DNA of 64,000 bases from positions 271,064,001 to 271,128,000 of the forward strand of contig OZ024743.1 of the NCBI GenBank assembly GCA_964016885.1, written 5' to 3'. The notes beneath the pieces were generated by a model. It was not told where the DNA came from and searched no databases. It saw only the letters and a program-made list of their open reading frames with translations. Each line of letters starts with the position of its first letter. Position 1 is the stretch's first letter. A program made the translations under genes and the position numbers. Shown here piece by piece: positions 38,606 through 51,818 of the stretch. This DNA is from Eledone cirrhosa (lineage: Eukaryota).

Positions 38606-39569
38606 ATTGAGCAAATCAAAAGAATAGAACTATAGAATTAATATAGAATTAATACTACTTATAAACTAAACACTTGAACCTATTCACTCACTCTTATCCA
38701 TGCCACATACACACACATGAATATATGAAGAACCTGTTAGATATTACATAATTATGTACCATGGATTAATTGATTCTTCATATATATATGTATGTGTATT
38801 ATGTATATATATATATATATACATGTATTGATGTGTGTGTAAACACCTTTTCCATTCACATCATTCCACAAATTTCCACACTCCTTTCAACTACCACCAG
38901 AAAACTCTTAGAAACCATTCAAAGTATTCACACTCCTACAGGAGATTTATACATGCCTTCAATATATATATATTGTATTTAGAATGTAGAGAAGTGACAT
39001 ACAAGTTGATATATATAACAGTAAAACAGAAAATGCTAAAGGTATTTTCTCTCAGAATAACAGCAAAACATTTATTTACAAAATAGGAATTTCCGTATTA
39101 TCCGTACCAGTTTCAGCTTATAGGTTTCTTCATGTGACAGACGTGTATAATGTTAAATTGCATATTAACTCTTTAGCATTTAAACCGGCCATATCCAGCC
39201 AGAATTCTCTCACTTTTTCTGTTCAAACTGGCTGTAACTGGCTGCTTATACTGATGTTAAGGTATTGTTCGCAAAATAAATAACATCAAAACCTCATAGA
39301 TTCAATATTACGTGAGATAATTGTGTAAGACAAAGCCTTTACCACGAAAATACCAGAGTATATATAATGTAAATGTAAATGCTGAAGGGTTAATAAGAAT
39401 ATGAGGGGGGGGGGGGGTAACATGGTTTGCATACATATATATATATAGAGAAAAGTTCACATTTTTGTCTGTCGTTTTCTGTCTTTCTCTCTCTTGGTGT
39501 TGACCATAGCTGTGGAATAGTTTGGTATGATAAAGCAGGAGGAAAATGAATACAAATATATTCTTTATA

Positions 39570-39930
39570 TCTCTAAGTTTAACGGTACTTTATAAGTCTC
39601 TCAGTAATATTTGGGGTTCATATTTCATGAAATATGAAGTTTAAGGGTTCTTTACTGATCTGTCGTATTTGGGGTTCATATCATGAAAAATCCAGTTTAA
39701 GTCCTTTACAGGTGTCCCAGTAGTTTTTGGGGTTCTCATAATGAAATATGAAGTTTAAGGGTTCTTTACTGGTCTCTCAGTCATATTTGGGGTTCATATG
39801 AAAGATCCAGTTTCAGTTCTTTACTGGTTTCTCAGTAGTATTTGGGGTTCTCATAATAAAATATGAAGTTTAAGGGTTCTTTACTGGTCTCTGTCGTATT
39901 TGGGGTTTGCATCATGAAAAATCATGTTTA
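39570..39930. repeat. Degenerate ~58-bp tandem repeat
   Basis: About 6 units containing tatttggggttc...agtttaag...ctttact. Confidence 0.8.
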
Positions 39931-40818
39931 ACCCTTTTGATACCAACCTGCCCAAAGCTGCCCCTGTTCTATGAATCAAAACCACCCATATTAAAGAGTT
40001 CTTATTTAAATTAAGATCTAATGTAATTTGATATAAGAGCTATTTTTATTAGAAATGACATCTTAATAATGAAATAATAGTTTTTGTTTATCCTTGTAAA
40101 TCCTACATTAAAAAATGGAAATACAGTGTATTTCATTGAAAATATGGTGATGAAAAGTTTAAGGGTTCTTTATAAGTTTTTCAGTAATATTTAGAATTTG
40201 TGACATACAAAAAGGTTGGAGACTACTAAAATAAACTATAAGTATGTAGTGGTGAAGGGGCCTGAACCAGCCACACTTATATATTACATACAAGGGCATG
40301 ACAACCTCTCTAGTGTTGTTGACATGATACAGTGCACCCAGTACACTCTGTAAAGTAGTTGGTGATAAGAAAACTTACCAGGTACACTCTGTAGAATGTG
40401 AGATCAGTGGCTCTAATTTGAGTGCTGACCAATACAACCTTTGCTAGCAGGGAAAACAGACTTTAAATAATGATGATGATGTGTGTGTGTATAGTCAAAT
40501 GCGTACATAGTCTCTTCCCCACAATTATAACATATTCTTAACCTCCTCTAAAAAATACTGTCACACACACACAGGCTAATGTTACTATTTTTTTTTTCTA
40601 AATTAATAGTGTTGACTCACTTAGTAAAAACGTGTGTGTATATGTACCTGTCTGTGAGATCCATCCAACCCATGTTATGTATGTGTGTGTGTATATATAT
40701 ATACACATATAAATACACACACGCACACACACATGTATATCATCATCATCATAAAAGATGGACATTGAATGATGATGATGATATATGCATGTGTGTATTT
40801 ATGTTAGTATATATATAT

Positions 40819-40869
<51 letters not shown>

Positions 40870-41191
40870 ATATATTATCATCATTTTTATGTCTGTTTTT
40901 ACCACACTTGCACACACACATATATATGGGTGTGTGTGTATATATATATATGGGTGTGTGTATGTATGTATATATATGGGTGTGAGTATGTATGTATGTA
41001 TATATATATATATATGGGTGTGAGTATGTATGTCTATATATATATATATATATGGGTGTGAGTATGTATGTATGTGTGTGTGTGTATATATGTGTGTGTG
41101 TATATATATATATATGGGTGTGTGTGTATATATATTTCCCCCTTACCCGTTGTATGTCTAAGAGTTCATCTTTCATTTTCATCACCCACAG

Positions 41192-41301
41192 CTCAGGAAC
41201 CTATGACATCACCGAAGCTGAGAATGTCCAGCGTGGAACTAAAATAGTTGTTCATCTGAAAGGAGACAGTTATGACTTTGCCCGTGAGGAGGTCATCCAA
41301 G
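41192..41301 (+). CDS. TRAP1: TRAP1 exon: SGTYDITEAENVQRGTKIVVHLKGDSYDFAREEVIQ
   Basis: RGTKIVxHLK motif; boundaries cacag| and |gtcagt; phase 2/1. Confidence 0.97.
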
Positions 41302-42012
41302 GTCAGTGTGTGTGTGTTAGTGTGTGTGTGTGTGTGGTTTGAGAGCTATAGAGAGAGGTTGGGTGGGTTAAAAGGTTTGGGTGGTTATGTTAGTATTTGT
41401 TGAGGTGTTTCTCAAGTAGTGTTGTCTGCAGTTGCAGTGGCTCGTTGGTCAGCTCACACTTCAGTCCAGACACTAGGGATTCCTGTCTTCTTCCTATCTT
41501 AAAGAGGGTCTTCCTTCCTTTCTTGCTTTACCTTTGCCTTGCATCCACATGTTGGCATCTTGGGGTTGCGGATTAAACCTCTGTGTATGTGTGTGTTTGT
41601 ACAAATGTATGTTGGTGTTTTGTGTGTATATGCATGCACATGTGTTGGTGTTTTGTGTGTGTGTAAAAGTGTGTATGTTTGTGTATGTTGGTGGATATGT
41701 GTGTGTGTGTACAAGTACATGTTGGTGGATATGTGTGTGTACAAGTACATGTTGGTGTATGTGTGTATGTGTACAAGTGTGAGTGTGTTTATGTGTGGGT
41801 GTGTCTATTTGTATGTCTGTAAATATGTGGATATATATGTGTGTGTGTGTGTGTGTCTCAATGTAGGTGTGTGTATACAAGTGTGCATTTGTTTGTATGT
41901 GTTAGTGTATAGAGTATGTGAGTGTTTTTGACTGCATACATGTGTGTGTTTCTCTTTTAGTTTATATTTTAAGCTTCCCTAATTATACTGACCCAGATTT
42001 TCTCTCGACCTA

Positions 42013-42060
<48 letters not shown>

Positions 42061-42321
42061 AATTATATCAACTGCAACCAAGGTCATTGTGCAGACGTGA
42101 CATGACTGCGGTATGTGTTTTAAAATTTAGGTCAAAGAAGCCATCAGGGATATAAAAAATTGAAAAGCTGGTGGACCCTCAGAGAATTGTCCCTGTGTAG
42201 GTGTGGCTCACTCTCGACATCTACATTGTCAACCTGGTGATCCATGATTGTGTCATATCCAATCTAACAGTATAATCCATAACCCTCTTATTACCATATT
42301 TCTAATGAATGACACTGCTTA

Positions 42322-42655
42322 TTCATTTCATTTTTTACGTCCGCTTTTCCCTGCTTGCAAGGGTGGGACAGGAACTGATTCTGGCTTGATTTCTACAGCT
42401 GGATGCCCTTCCTAACACCAACCTCATTTACAGTGAGTGCTGGGTGCTTTTTTGCAGTGGCACCTCCACGACCACTTTGTAGTGGAATGATAGGGACGCC
42501 AGTCCCTATCATCTCATTTCTACAGCTGAGTAAACTGGAGCAATGTGAAATAAAGTGTCTTGCTCAAGGAAACAACACATCACCCGGTCTGAGAATTGAA
42601 CTCACAACCTTTCGATTGCAAGGCCAATGCTCTAACCACTAAGCCATGTGCCTCC
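42322..42655 (-). mobile_element. tRNA-head/CORE-like SINE with an RTE-derived tail
   Basis: Near-identical inverted copy of 51819-52158 (ORFs 42403 and 51832 match). It is inserted in a family-B MITE with a cttat duplication. Confidence 0.85.
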
Positions 42656-44647
42656 TTATGATTTTAAATAATTCTGAAAAATTAATAAGCATGGGGGAGG
42701 ACAATTATTCAAAATCTGAGAGTAAGTAATTTATTCATTGTTAAGCTAGTGTTTGGACCATAACTTAATAAAACACACAACAAAATAGTGAAAAAAACAA
42801 CAACCTAAAACAAAATTAAGTACCAACACAGATAAAACAACTAGCCTCAATGATTCAACGAAAGGCGGGTGGGCTTAACCATGTGATTGACTGGCTAGGA
42901 GTAGCATCAAAAATATCTCGCAAATTAAACCTTATTGTACACAAGCGTTTTAAAGCCGTTCTCTGTTTTAGTAAGGGTATACCTTGAGAGCCTCCATGAA
43001 ATACCAGTAACGCACAGGGATAAATTTAATCAACTTTCCTCTCCCCCAAAATTCTTTGCCTTGCTTCTAAATCAGAAACTATTATCAAAGGTGGTGGGCT
43101 GGTAGAATCAGTAAAGCGTTGGACACCATGCTTTGCTGTATATAGTTACGGTCCTATACGTTCTGTGTTCAAATCACGCCAAGGTTAGCTTTGCCTTACA
43201 TCCTTGCCGGGTCGATAAAATAAAATAGCAGTAACACACTGAGGCCAATCGAACTCCCCCTTCCCCAAAAATTACTGGCCTTGTGCCTCTACTAGAAATC
43301 ATTATTATTTTGTATCCTATTAGTAAATTGTCACTATGCTGTTTTGCTGACAATCCTGTGTTGGTGATATTCAGAAAAACCATAAAATTTAGATAGAAAA
43401 CGGTGACAGAAGATAGCCCTTTCTTTCCAACTTAATCAGTTAAACAAACAACCTCACATCCCCACCCACAAAACCGGACCATGACACGTTATTATTTATT
43501 AATGTTCAAATATATTTATTGATTTATTTATTCATTCTTATTCCCGAAACGTATTTAAAGTTTTAATATTTGGTGTAGGTTCGTTTCTGCTAAGGGAGAT
43601 AACTTTACGTAGAAACTGGAAGTTTAGATGTTCACAGACCTACCTCCCTTAGATCATTTTTCTTTTATTCTCTCTTTAAAAGAAATTCCACTAAGAATTA
43701 AAGAACAATAAAGCATTGAAAATTGTTTCATTTATGATACGTGATATATACTATATATACAGTGAAGTATATTTTATATATATCTTCATTTTATTAAGGC
43801 TAAATAGTGATAAGCCGGCAAAACTCCAGAGTAACAAGACTCACTATTTAGCCTTAATAAAATGAATATTTAAACTCTACTTCGGTATTGAGTACTCTTT
43901 TCTCTAAGCCGTCAACTACATATGCGAAACTTGTTTTATTCCGTTTGTATTCCCATTTCAGGGGCAACTTCCTTTCAAAGTATTTTCCCATTATGCGCTG
44001 TTTTGGCTGTATTAAATAACAGACAAGTACAAAATCACAGAGTTTTAGTAGTATATATATTCATTAAAACAACAACAAAAGGCCGGACTGGAAAATTTAC
44101 TTTAGAATTTTAATTCCGCGGAAGCACTATATATATTTTGATGGTCCAACTGATTATGATGCAATGCTAGATGATTTCATCAGGTGTTATTTGTGGAATT
44201 ATATAACAGGATTATGTTGAATCCAAACAGAAAGGAAGATAGAGAAAAAGAAAATAGAGGACTGATTCAATTCAGAGACAGCCTGCTAATTTGGTGTTAT
44301 ATCAATGGCAGATATATAGCTTTATGTTACTGTTGGTCCACCAACTTGAACACTTGATGGCTAGTTGAGTCCATTTAAGTCTAGTACTTGGTGTTAAACT
44401 ATGGTCAGTTTCCTTCATAAGCAGAGTGTAATATTAAAAATAAGTAGGAACGAGGCGTCAGAGTATCAGCATTAAATTTTATAGTGGAATAAATACTACT
44501 AGCTTTTAGGGTAGACTGGGTGCTTTTGTCACCAGCACTACCACTTTATTGAGGGGACTGGGGGATTTTTATTGTGGCACCAGCACTACCAGTAAAATCT
44601 GAATAAATTTCAATTATGTATTAATTTTGGGGGGGTTTTTTCCACAG

Positions 44648-44721
44648 CTATTGTTAAAAAGTACAGCAACTTTGTTGGAGTCCCCATCTTCCTGAATGGT
44701 AAAAGAGCCAACATGATTCAG
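44648..44721 (+). CDS. TRAP1: TRAP1 exon: AIVKKYSNFVGVPIFLNGKRANMIQ
   Basis: VKKYSNFV motif; no charged linker, as expected for TRAP1/HtpG; boundaries cacag| and |gtaacg. Confidence 0.97.
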
Positions 44722-45299
44722 GTAACGTTATTATTTTGCTATATTTATTTGTGTTTGTTTTGAAGGTTTTTTCACCTAACATTAGTTGTTATTCTGTTCA
44801 TAACAAGATAGTTTCTTGTTATGAAGACACAATATCACCATTTAATGTCTGTGTCCCTGCTGGCAAGGGTTGGACAGGTCATCACAGACTAAGTCATTAC
44901 TTAATCAGAATCACTGATTTCTCAGATAATGCTAGGACCCCATCTCATCTACATATGTTCCTATACTGTGCAGTATATGCCGTGCAATTTTATGACACCA
45001 TTACTACCGCTTTTGAGGGTGTGCTGGGTGTACTGTACCATATATGGCACCAGCACTAGAGAGTTGTCATATGTTCATCCAGACTGAAGAGTCATTTCAA
45101 ACCCTGATATCCTGTGTATATCTGTTTAATCACCAACACTGTAGCCTGCTCATAACTAAGTAGTTTCTTGCTTTGACTACACAGTACTCCAAAGAAGCTC
45201 AGTATACTCAGAGATGAAATAATTGTTTCTAATTTAGGCAGCACACAGCCAGCAATTTGTGTGGAGGGTGAAGTTTGTTATACCAACCTGTCTCTATCT

Positions 45300-46200
45300 A
45301 TCTATACAGTCAACATCTACACTCTGTCTATATATGGGCAGTATATACAGTCAGCATCTACACACTGTCTATATATACAGTCAGCATCTACACACTGTAT
45401 CTATATATACGGTCAACATCTACACACTGTGTCTATATATACAATCAATATCTACACACTGTGTCTATATATACAGTCAGCATCTACACATTGTGTCTAT
45501 ATATATACAGTCAGCATCTACACACTGTGTCTATATATACAGTCAACATCTACATACTGTGTCTATATATACAATCAATATCTACACACTATCCATATAT
45601 TGTCAATATCTACACACTGTATCTATATATGCAGTCAACGTCTACACACTGTGTCTATATATACAATCAATATCTACACACTGTCTATATATACAATCAA
45701 TATCTACACACTGTGTCTATATATACAATCAATATATACACACTATCTATATATACAATCAATATCTACACACTGTATCTATATATACAATCAACATCTA
45801 CACACTGCCTATATATACAATCAATATCTACACACTGTCTATATATACAATCAACATCTACACACTGTCTATATATACAATCAATATCTACACACTGTCT
45901 ATATATACAATCAATATCTACACACTGTCTATATATATACAATCAATATCTACACACTGTCTATATATACAATCAATATATACACACTGTATCTATATAT
46001 ACAATCAACATCTACACACTGTCTATATATACAATCAATATCTACACACTGTATATATACAATCAACATCTACACACTGTATATATACAATCAACATCTA
46101 CACACTGTATATATACAATCAACATCTACACACTGTCTATATATACAATCAATATCTACACACTGTCTATATATACAATCAATATCTACACACTGTATCT
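45300..46200. repeat. ~30-bp minisatellite (atatacaatcaatatctacacactgtctat)
   Basis: About 29 units. It explains the ORFs at 45259, 45261 and 45275. Confidence 0.96.
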
Positions 46201-46425
46201 TCTACACCACTGGTTGAAACTTTTTTATTCATGACACACTTTAGAACAATAACAATATTTTGGTTTTCTTTGTACTCAACTTTAAAATTTATTCAAAAGA
46301 AGTATTGTAGCACATTCTAGAAATATAGATAATTAAAAATGCAGAAAGATAATTTGTTCTTCCTACTTTAGTCAACATATACAGTTGACATCTACACACT
46401 GTATCTATCTACTCAATATTTACAC

Positions 46426-46824
46426 CAGTGGTCTTCAAACTTCTTTTACTCACAACACACTTTAGAACAAATAAAAATATTTTGGTCTTTGTAGCTTAAT
46501 ATTTAAATTTATTCAAAGGAGGTATTTATACATTTTAGCCTCGTATTAAGGAGATAATTAAAGATAGGGAAAAATTATTTGTACTTCCTTCCTTGGTCAA
46601 TAAATGGAGCAAAGTTATTAATGAGTGATGTATACTTCGTCTTTGGTAATATCTTCATTCTTAGTTTAGTTGATTCACGCTTTGACAGTTATATATGAAT
46701 TTTATTATGAATTTTAGTTTGTATTTTTCACATTTTGAAATAAAATCTTGCTTTTTTTGAGGGGCACCTACTTATATCTTGCGGCACACTAATGCTATGT
46801 GGATGCACAGTTTGGGAACCACTG
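46426..46824. mobile_element. hAT-like MITE (part duplicated at ~46200-46370)
   Basis: Termini cagtggtcttcaaac / gtttgggaaccactg. No clean 8-bp TSD. Confidence 0.55.
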
Positions 46825-46910
46825 CTCTAACCTAACTACCTTTTCCTACCCTGTCAACCTATATTCTATTAATCCTGAATATTGTTATTTTCTTTCTCTT
46901 CCCCTTGTAG

Positions 46911-47073
46911 GCCCTCTGGTTGATGGATGGTAAAGACATCACAGCAGACATGCATGAAGAGTTCTACCGATTCATCAGTGGTACCTTTGATAAACCACGT
47001 TTCAACTTTCTCTACAAGACTGATGCTCCAGTCAATATCCGTGCTCTTTTCTATGTACCAGAATACAAACCAA
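46911..47073 (+). CDS. TRAP1: TRAP1 exon: [54 protein letters not shown]
   Basis: HEEFYR and YKTDAPxNIR motifs of the middle domain; boundaries ttgtag| and |gtacgt. Confidence 0.97.
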
Positions 47074-48479
47074 GTACGTATTAACCAGAGTTACAACTGG
47101 GTGGGTAGGAGAGGGAATTAAGGTGGGGGTGAAAGACAGTGTCACCACTGAGAGAGTAGGAGGGTGAAGGGAGTGGACAATGTCACCACAGAGAGGGTAG
47201 GAGGGTGAAGGGAGTGGACAGTGTCACCACTGAGAGAGGAGGAGGGGAGGGGTGAAGGACTATCACAATTAGGAGGCATGAAGGACTGAGAGAGGGAGGG
47301 GAGGGTGAAAGACAGTGACACAACTCTGAGAGGGTGAGGGAGTGAAGGGAGATTAAGGAAATGCCACTGGAGGGAAGCCAAAGTAGAGATAGACCAAGAA
47401 AGACCTGGGGAGAGGTGGTGAGATCTGACCTCAAATAGCTGAGACTCACAGAGGAGGTGTGTGGAGAGATGCTGCGCTGAAACGAACGCATCCAACCTAT
47501 GCAAGCGTGGAAAAACACGTAAAAACGATCATTATATATATGGATTGGCAGTATCGGTGGAGGGTCGGACGCCGTCTTTGCAGCAGTTACGTCCCTTTAC
47601 GGACTGAGTTCAAATCCCACCGAGGTTAACTTTGCCTTTCATCCTTACGGGGTCGATAAAATAAAGTACCAATAATACACTGGGATAATTGCTGGCCTTG
47701 TGCCAAAAGTAGAAACAATTATATACACATACACACACAAATATAGAACTATCTCAAATAAGGCTCAGAATTAACCAAAGGGAAGATTTTAGTAAATTAC
47801 TTTAAAATAAAAAACCTTACAAGTGTCTCACCCCAAGGATAAACATCTTATCAAGTGGCATAAATCTAGAGGGCTTAAATTTTTCCCCTTACTGCAATTT
47901 CACAAGCTAAAGTAGTGGAATTTGCCACCTCAATCAATTGAAACAGTTATTTCTGCCAGAATCTGTTTGATAACCAAATAAAAAAACGGATCCCACCAAA
48001 TAAAAAACGGATCCCTCCAGTAAAAAGCGGACCCCCCCCCCCCCCCCTATAAAAATGGACCCAGCCCCATATAAAATACGGATCCCCACCCTCCCCAAAT
48101 GAAAAATGGACCCCCCCCCCCATTAAGAAACCTATTCCCCCAAATAAAAAACAGACCCCCCCCCCAATAAAAAACGAGTCCACCTCCAATAAAAAATGGA
48201 CCTCTCAAATAAAAAAGATCCCTCCCCCATAAAAAGTGGATCCTTCCCAAATAAAAACGGACCCCCCCACACACACACACACACCCCACACACACACACA
48301 CCCAACCCCTCAATAAAAAAATGGACCCCCCCCCCCCCCAATAAAAATTGACACCCCCCACCACCACCACCCACACACACACACACCCTCCCCCCTCCCT
48401 CCATAAAAAACGACCCCTCCAAATAAAATCAGATCCCCCGATAAAAAAAACCGATCTCCCCCAACACATTATCTTACAC

Positions 48480-49710
48480 TTATAGCTGAATCTATGGCGG
48501 AACTAGAGAAGAAATTCCAAACATGGAAGCAGGGACTAGAAAGAAGGGGCCTCATGGTCAACCTGACAAAGACTAAGGTCCTCGTAAGTAGATGAGAAAA
48601 CAACACAGATCCCCTCAGGGAAATGGCCTTGCTCAGTATGTAGGGCAGGTGTAGGTAGGAATTCCATCCTCTGCCCCAAATGCAAACTATGAGTACACAA
48701 GAGGTGTAGTGGGATTTCAGGAAGCTTAGTTGAGAATGTAGGCTTTACATATAGTAGCTGCACCGGGACAGTAAGCAGCAAATGGCCACAGCACTACCAA
48801 ACTCTGGGAGAGCTCTGTAGAAACTGTAGACAGCTTCTGCTACCTGGGTGACCAAATTAGCAGTGGAGGTGGGTGTTCTGAAAGTACAGTAACCAGGGTA
48901 AGAACAGAATGGAAGAAGTTCTGGGAACTACTACCACTGCTAACTGCAAAAGGTTTTTCCCTCAGACTGTATGATGCATGCATACGAACAACAATGTTAC
49001 ATGGTAGTGAGACCTTGCGTAGATTAGGAAGAAATGAAGCTTGCATGCTCCGATGGATGTGAAATAGTAATATACGCAAACGGCAAAGCATAAACGAACT
49101 GAGAGAGAAACTGAGCATAAGAAGAATCAAATGCTGTGTGCAGGAAAGGAGGTTGTGTTGGTATGGACATGTGATGCATAAAAAGGTGCAAAGCACTAAA
49201 AGTCGATAGAGGCCTTGGAGTGGGGAGAACTAAGAAGACCTGGGATGAGGTGATAAAAGCCCAATTGCACCTCTCAAAGGCAATGACACAGAACCAAGAC
49301 CTCTGGCGTTACACAGTAATACAGAAGACCTGACTTCCCACGGATACAAGCCGAAGCTGTAGCATATAGACAATATGCCCCCACCCCCTCCCCCTGCAAA
49401 ATGGTCGGGGAGGTGTCAACAAAAAAGCGCCCAGCTCACACTGTAAAGTGGTCGTGTAGGTGCCACATTAAAAAAGCACCAAGTACTCACTGTAAATGAG
49501 GTTGGTGTTAGGAAGGGCATCCAGCTGTAGAAAGCAAGCCAAAATCAGTTCCCGAACGAGCAAGACATGGCCACCCGACCTGGCATTGCCCACAACAGGA
49601 CATCATCATCATCGTTTAACGTCTATCTTCCATGCTAGCATGGGTTTAGACAACCTGTCTAACCCATGCGAGCGTGGAAGAATGGACATAAAACGGTGAT
49701 GATAATGATG
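48480..49710 (+). mobile_element. 5'-truncated RTE LINE (subfamily B)
   Basis: Homologous to 53165-54585 (AESMxELE, PHD-like finger, YLGD, 3'UTR, gat tail), with many lesions. Confidence 0.9.
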
Positions 49711-50094
49711 TAACAGGATTACGTTGAACCCAAACAGAATGGAATATAGAAGATAGAAAATGGAAACATCAATCCAGAGACAGTCTGCAAATATGGTGTT
49801 ATATTGATAGCAGACGGTCCCTGAATATATATATATATATTTTTTTTGGGGGGGGGGGGGGTCTCCATTCTCTCCCTTATTCGAACTTTCTCATACACGC
49901 ACATGTACACAAAGTTAATTTTGTAACAAAATTGTTATTTCTTTCTTCATTAAATATCATCTCGAATTGTTTTAGTGAAAAGGATGTTGATGGTATTCAT
50001 AATAATAATGTTGTTGTTATTACCTTGGCAACCTGTCACTCTTGTTTGTTTGTTTTTCTCCTCTCCACTAAACCACTGGTCATTGTCATTGCAG

Positions 50095-50208
50095 CGTTGT
50101 TTGACATGAGCCGAGAGACAGATGTCAGCTTGACCCTCTACAGCCGTAAAGTGATGGTCATGCCAAAAGCCAACTACATACTTCCCAAGTGGCTCCGTTT
50201 TGTGAAAG
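50095..50208 (+). CDS. TRAP1: TRAP1 exon: TLFDMSRETDVSLTLYSRKVMVMPKANYILPKWLRFVK
   Basis: LYSRKV and ILPKWLRF motifs; boundaries tgcag| and |gttcgt; phase 1/1. Confidence 0.97.
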
Positions 50209-51492
50209 GTTCGTCAACACTTCCTTACATATATCACCCATTGTGTGATGGTTTAGTAAAGTTTTTTCTTTCCTTTTTCTCTCTCTGTGAAGGCATCTGG
50301 ACTAGAGGTACAGGTTTGATTCCTGGACAAGTCACTTCTTTTCCTGATATAACTGGGCCCCTACCCTTAAAACAGCCAAAAAAACATCATAGGAGGCCAG
50401 CTAAATTTGCAGAAATGAGAGCTATAAATTTAATTTTATTTATCTCTCTCTCTCATATATATGTGAGGGACATAAATATACCAGACATGTAAGAAATGTA
50501 ATGCTCTAAAGAGACACATGTCTGAACGTTAGTGGTAATTGTCATAATTCTGTATTGCATTTAACTGAGAAGAGACGTGTGTAATAAATGTGGTAAAAGA
50601 TGCAAATCATAAGATTGATTAAAAAGTCATCTTTACTTTGCAGCTATGAATATAACAATCAATTTACTGACTTGACATCCACCATCATGCGAAATAAATG
50701 TAAAATGGGGATAATGCCAATGTTGATAATTTAATTGAGTTTAACCCTTTAGCATTTACATACTATATACTGTAAACATGGTTGGTGTTAGGAAGGGCAT
50801 CCAGCCGTAGAAAACCCGCCAGACAGTCCTATACGAGCAAGACAACCACTCTTGCCTCAAGTGGGAAAACTCCCGTCCAAACCCATGCAAGCGTGGAAGA
50901 TAGACGTTAAACGATGATGAGGATGATATATATATATATATAGTATCGTATTTTCGTGGTAAAGACTTTATCTCACATAATATTGGATCTACGAGATTTT
51001 TATATTATTTATTTTGAGAAGAATACCTTAACATTGCTATGAGGGGCCGGTGTGAACAGAAATAGGTGAGAGAATTCTGGCCAGATATGGCCAGTTTAAA
51101 TGCTAAAGGATTAATCCAACTAAAACTTAACTATATTTTATACTTCACCCTTTTGTTATTTCTAATGAAAGACACTGCCTGTGATTTTCAAGGCACTCTG
51201 AAAATAATCAAGAATTTGGACAGATTTAGTAATCTAACTTTTACACTATTAAGCTGGTGTTGGAACATAACATAACAAAGGCTCTTAAATAAAACTATGA
51301 TGAAAGGTTTATAAATAAGTACATACAATTTAAAACAGACAGCTTACTTAGTATCATAGAACCAGGGGATGGTTTTGTTAACAAAAGGCTTAATCTTTAG
51401 ATTCTCCCTTTTCCTCATTCATTCCTTTACAATGTATTGGTCCTTCTGTACCTTGTACCCCTCTATTCTCATATTGTCCCTTTTCTACACAG

Positions 51493-51562
51493 GTGTGGTG
51501 GACAGTGAGGACATTCCTTTAAACTTGAGTCGAGAACTTCTCCAAGATAGTTCCCTCATCAG
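51493..51562 (+). CDS. TRAP1: TRAP1 exon: [24 protein letters not shown]
   Basis: Hsp90 signature GVVDSEDxPLNxSRE including the catalytic Arg; boundaries cacag| and |gtaagt. Confidence 0.98.
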
Positions 51563-51818
51563 GTAAGTTCCTAATGACTGCAGTGTCTTCTAGCTTTGAT
51601 TCTGTTATTGTTTTTTTTTTTTGTCGTTGATATTGCTTTGTTATGTTACATTAACCCTTTCATTACCATATTTCAAATGAAATACACTGCTTATGGTTTT
51701 TAAATAATTTTGAAAATAATCAAAAATTTGGACAGATTTAGTAATATAACTAACTTTCTCATTATCAAGCTAGTGTTTGAAACCTAACTTAACAAAGATT
51801 CTTACATAAAATTATTAT

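Noticed and set aside
37970-38635. Pro/Ser/Leu-rich and Gly/Glu/Arg-rich ORFs (also 8387-8833)
   Set aside because: Low-complexity CT tracts.
45259-46320. 318-353 aa ORFs in three frames
   Set aside because: Translations of a 30-bp minisatellite with frame-breaking unit variation, inside a TRAP1 intron.
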